A stretch of 64,000 nucleotides of DNA, taken from NCBI GenBank assembly GCA_951406725.2, contig OX597842.1, positions 33,170,001 to 33,234,000 of the forward strand, read 5' to 3'. The stretch's first letter is position 1; every line of letters starts with the position of its first letter. A program made the position numbers and the translations under genes. Below, piece by piece: positions 60,411 through 64,000 of this stretch. The notes beneath the pieces are model-generated. The model saw nothing but the letters and a program-made list of their open reading frames with translations, was not told the origin of the DNA and searched no databases. Origin of the DNA: Octopus vulgaris. Lineage: Eukaryota.

Positions 60411-60626
60411 CAAGGGGTGCTTTAAAGTTTCTGGTTCTAAGGGTATCAAGAAAAATCTGGTTAGAGGCCCAACTGTCCGAGTTCTTTTACAAAGCTTAGA
60501 AAAACTGAAGGACCGCTGCAAGAAGTGTGTGAACCCGAGAGGGGAATATGTTGAATAAAATCGTAATTTACTGATGCTCCTCCATTTTCTTTCACCCAAG
60601 ATCAGGAACCTTTCAACAACCCCTCG
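60411..60626 (+). mobile_element. Mariner-derived MITE
   Basis: Imperfect TIRs CAAGGGGTGCTTTAAAGTTTCTG / CAGGAACCTTTCAACAACCCCTCG followed by TA; internal LEKLKDRCKKCVNPRGEYVE* is a mariner transposase C-terminus. Confidence 0.85.
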
Positions 60627-60667
60627 TACACCGCCCCTGTCGTTTACTACCTGTCGTACCTTACTCT

Positions 60668-61290
60668 CTCTTTTACTCTTTTACTTGTTTCAGTCATTTG
60701 ATTGCGGCCATGCCGGAGCACCGCCTTTAGTCGAGCAAATTGACCCCAGGACTTATTCTTTGTAAGACTAGTACTTACTCTATCGGTCTCTTTTTCCGAA
60801 CCGCTAAGTGACGGGGACGTAAACACACCAGCATCGATTGTCAAGCAATGCTAGGGGGATAAACACAAACACACACACACATATATATATACATATATAC
60901 GACGGGCTTGACTGCGGCCATGCTGGAGCACCGCCTTTAATCGAGCAAATCGACCCCGGGACTTATTCTTTTGTAAGCCCAGTACTTATTCTATCGGTCT
61001 CTTTTACCGAACCGCTAAGTGACGGGGACGTAAGCACACCAGCATCGATTGTCAAGCAATGCTAGGGGGATAAACACAAACACACAAACTCACACACACA
61101 CACACATATATATATATACATATATACGACGGGCTTCTTTCAGTTTCCGTCTACCAAATCCACTCACAAGGCTTTGGTCTGTCCGAGGCTATAGCAGAAG
61201 ACACTTTCCCAAGGTGCCACACAGTGGGACTGAACCCGGAACCATGTAGTTGGGAAGCAAGCTACTTACCACACAGCCACTCCTGCGCCT
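60668..61290 (-). mobile_element. SINE family A with duplicated body
   Basis: Body at 60668-60908 repeated at 60908-61135; single head to 61290. Confidence 0.92.
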
Positions 61291-61687
61291 ATGTCTTAAA
61301 AAAAAACGCTGACCAGACTGAATCCCCTGCTTTTTCAATTCTCATGGGAGGATCAGGTTCCGCTGGTCAGCAAATCCATCGGCTGTCAACACCAACAAAT
61401 CCGTGGTGGTGGTCACGGGAGGTCGTGCTTGGTGATAGAAATGATTGTGTGGCAAGAAGTGTGATTCCCAAGACCATGGTTCCGGGATCATTCCAACAGC
61501 ACGGCATCTTGGGCAATTGTCTTGTAACCAGTGCCTTCTGAAAGAATTTGTCAGACGGACACTGTATGGCCTTTTAGCTCTTATTTCTAGCAATGTAGGG
61601 GTCTCTTAATACCCTGGTCATATTTAGCGACAATTAAAATTTTCCTATTTGGTGAAATATTGCAATTATATTAATTATCTATAATTA

Positions 61688-61858
61688 GGTGCAGGGGTGA
61701 CCGCGTGGTAAGTAGCTTGCTTCCAACCACATGGTTCCGGGTTCAGTCCCATTGCGTGTCACCTTGAGCAAATGTTTTCTACTATAACGTCGGACCGACC
61801 GACCAAAGCGTTGTGAGTTGATTCGGTAGACGGAAGCTGAAAGAAGTCCATCATTTAT

Positions 61859-61890
<32 letters not shown>

Positions 61891-62113
61891 AGTTTGTCCT
61901 CACCCCACTCCACTCCACAATCACTTGACAACCGATGCTGGTGTGTTTACGTCGCCGTCACTTAGCGGTTCGGCAAAAGAGAGACCGATAGAATAAGTAC
62001 TGGGCTTACAAAAAGAATAAGTCCCGGGGTCGATTTGCTCGACTAAAAGGCGGTGCTCCAGCATGGCCACAGTCAAATGACTGAAACAAGTAAAAGAGTA
62101 AAGAGTAAAGAGT
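61688..62113 (+). mobile_element. SINE family A, full length
   Basis: Head, body and (GTAAAGA)n tail. Confidence 0.9.
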
Positions 62114-62131
62114 ATGTATATATATCTATAT

Positions 62132-62825
62132 GTTAGTTAGTTAGTTAGTTAATTTGACTCAAAAGCAAATAGCAAGGCCATGTAGGGGGACATGGAGTTA
62201 AGTACAGGGTGGTGTTCATGTAAAGAGTTCAGGCCACTTGAGGTCCAGGGAGGCTTTGAACAAAGCGGTCGTCGGCATCTTCACCATCTCATCTGGCAGC
62301 TTGTTCCACGGACCCGCAACCCGGACGGAGAAAGCTCCTCTCCTTCGATTGAGATGAAATCGTCGCAGGTAGAGCTTTTCGGAATGACCCTGCAGCCGAC
62401 GCTCCGGAGCAGGAGTGAAGAACAGCTCTTTCGAGAGGTTACACTTCCCGCTTATGATGTTGTGGGCGAGAATGAGATCACCACGGCGGCGGCGTTTTTC
62501 AAGAGAATAAAGGTCGAGCGTCCTCAGCCTTTCTTCGTAGGACAAATTTTTGAGACCATGAACCAGGCGGGTAGCCAGCCTCTGGACTCTTTCGAGGTGC
62601 TGTATGTCTTTGAGGAGATAAGGAGAAGAGGCTTGAATCCCATACTCCAATATGGGTCTCACCAGCGTGACATAGAGTGGCAGGAATATGGCTGCTGTGA
62701 GCATTCCGAATGACCGTCGAATCAAAAACAGAATTCCGCGCGCTTTGTTGGCAGCATGGACGCACTGGGCCGAAGGCGAAAAGGAGGAATCCACCAAGAT
62801 ACCCAGGTCCCTTACCTGATCGGTC

Positions 62826-62828
<3 letters not shown>
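62132..62828 (-). mobile_element. 5'-truncated CR1-clade LINE with (TAAC)n tail
   Basis: ORF, short 3' UTR, tandem tetranucleotide tail; inserted in (TA)n. Confidence 0.92.
62216..62828 (-). pseudogene. CR1-type ORF2 C-terminus (RT thumb and C-terminal region), open frame
   Basis: RDLGILVD...LVRPILEYG...LERVQRLATR...LSYEERLRTLDLYSLEKRRRRGDLI...FSVRVAGPWNKLP...FKASLD. Confidence 0.93.
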
Positions 62829-62910
<82 letters not shown>

Positions 62911-63300
62911 CCGGATTAAGCACATAAACGCGAAACAAGATGGTGAAAATAGTATTCGAAGACCAGAGATAGAGTAATATTCTTTATTAAACAGAAGTAA
63001 AAATATTACAAAAACTGTTACTCAGAGTTTAAACAGTTTTCTAAAACAGTTTTGTTTAGACAGGTTTTTCAATAATTATTCAGACTGTTGCTCTAGTAAC
63101 GAGGCTAAAACACGCAGATTGAAGCTGTTTGGCACAGATTGACATTAGACTGGGTTTTAACGTTTTAGGTCACTTCCACTATTTACAAGAAGCGACCTAG
63201 AAGAACCAAGCGTTTTGAAGGAGAAGCGATCTTTCGCATGTGTGATGAGCTGTGGTGCCAAAAATATAACCAAAGAACGGAGATGTACTCAATTTATATA
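62911..63300 (-). mobile_element. Decayed Penelope-like element end
   Basis: Minus-strand DRFSFKTL...KTLKPSL resembles a GIY-YIG C-terminus; hammerhead remnant at 63011-63040. Confidence 0.4.
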
Positions 63301-63542
63301 TTTTTAAGGATAGAATCTTACAGAATATTATGATAGTCTACTGGCTTCGCGTTTCGCTTGAGAAAGAGAGAGAATGGAGATTTCTACATCTTCCAGTGAG
63401 TTCTTTATCGTTTTCTATTATGGTATTTTAACGGAGACATTTTGATACTCTGACGGAGGAACGGAAATTATTAAGTCAAAACACGCCTTACCTGAACGAG
63501 GAATATTCGTCAAAGACAGGTAAGTAAAAATTTCTTTCTGTC

Positions 63543-63947
63543 TTACTCTTTTACTCTTTTACTTGTTTCAGTCATTTGACTGCGGCCATGCTGGAGCACC
63601 GCCTTTAATCGAGCAAATCGACCCCGGGACTTATTCTTTTGTAAGCCCAGTACTTATTCTATCGGTCTCTTTTGCCGAACCGCTAAGTAACGGGGACATA
63701 AGCAAACCAGCATCGGTTGTCAAGCAATGCTAGGGGGACAAACACAGACACACAAACACATACACGCATATATATATATATATATATATACGATGGGTTT
63801 CTTTCAGTTTCCAGCTACCAAATCCACTCACAAGGCTTTGGTCGGACAGAGGCTATAGTAGAAGACACTTGCCCAAGGTGCCACGCAGTGGGACTGAACC
63901 CGGAACCATGTGGTTGGTAAGCAAGGTACTTACCACACAGCCACTCA
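63543..63947 (-). mobile_element. SINE family A, full length
   Basis: Reverse complement of the family A sequence. Confidence 0.93.
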
Positions 63948-64000
63948 TTTTTTAAACCTTTTATTTGTTCAAATTTGTGACAAGGTCTACCACTGAAACC

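Noticed and set aside
62192-62713. 173-aa plus-strand ORF
   Set aside because: Antisense shadow of the CR1 ORF2 fragment

Overview
Repeat-saturated animal genomic DNA, probably intronic or intergenic. The microsatellite load and SINE families resemble octopod cephalopods such as Octopus (inference from pattern recognition, not a database match). I cannot support any intact host protein-coding gene; nearly all listed ORFs are translations of microsatellites. Recognisable content: (i) many copies of three tRNA-derived SINE families; (ii) non-LTR retrotransposon fragments (Tx1/L1-type inside a (CTAT)n array, R4/Dong-type, RTE-type, CR1-type); (iii) Helitrons, including a Pif1-helicase remnant and one Helitron nested in opposite orientation inside another; (iv) a mariner-derived MITE, a foldback palindrome, and 107-bp, ~155-bp, ~240-bp and ~965-bp tandem arrays. 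The most striking signal is about ten minimal type-I hammerhead ribozyme motifs on both strands. They sit in short elements with Penelope-like features inserted in (TA)n tracts, and include recurrent core variants (A6->U, U4->C). Element boundaries are approximate; motif coordinates were counted by hand.
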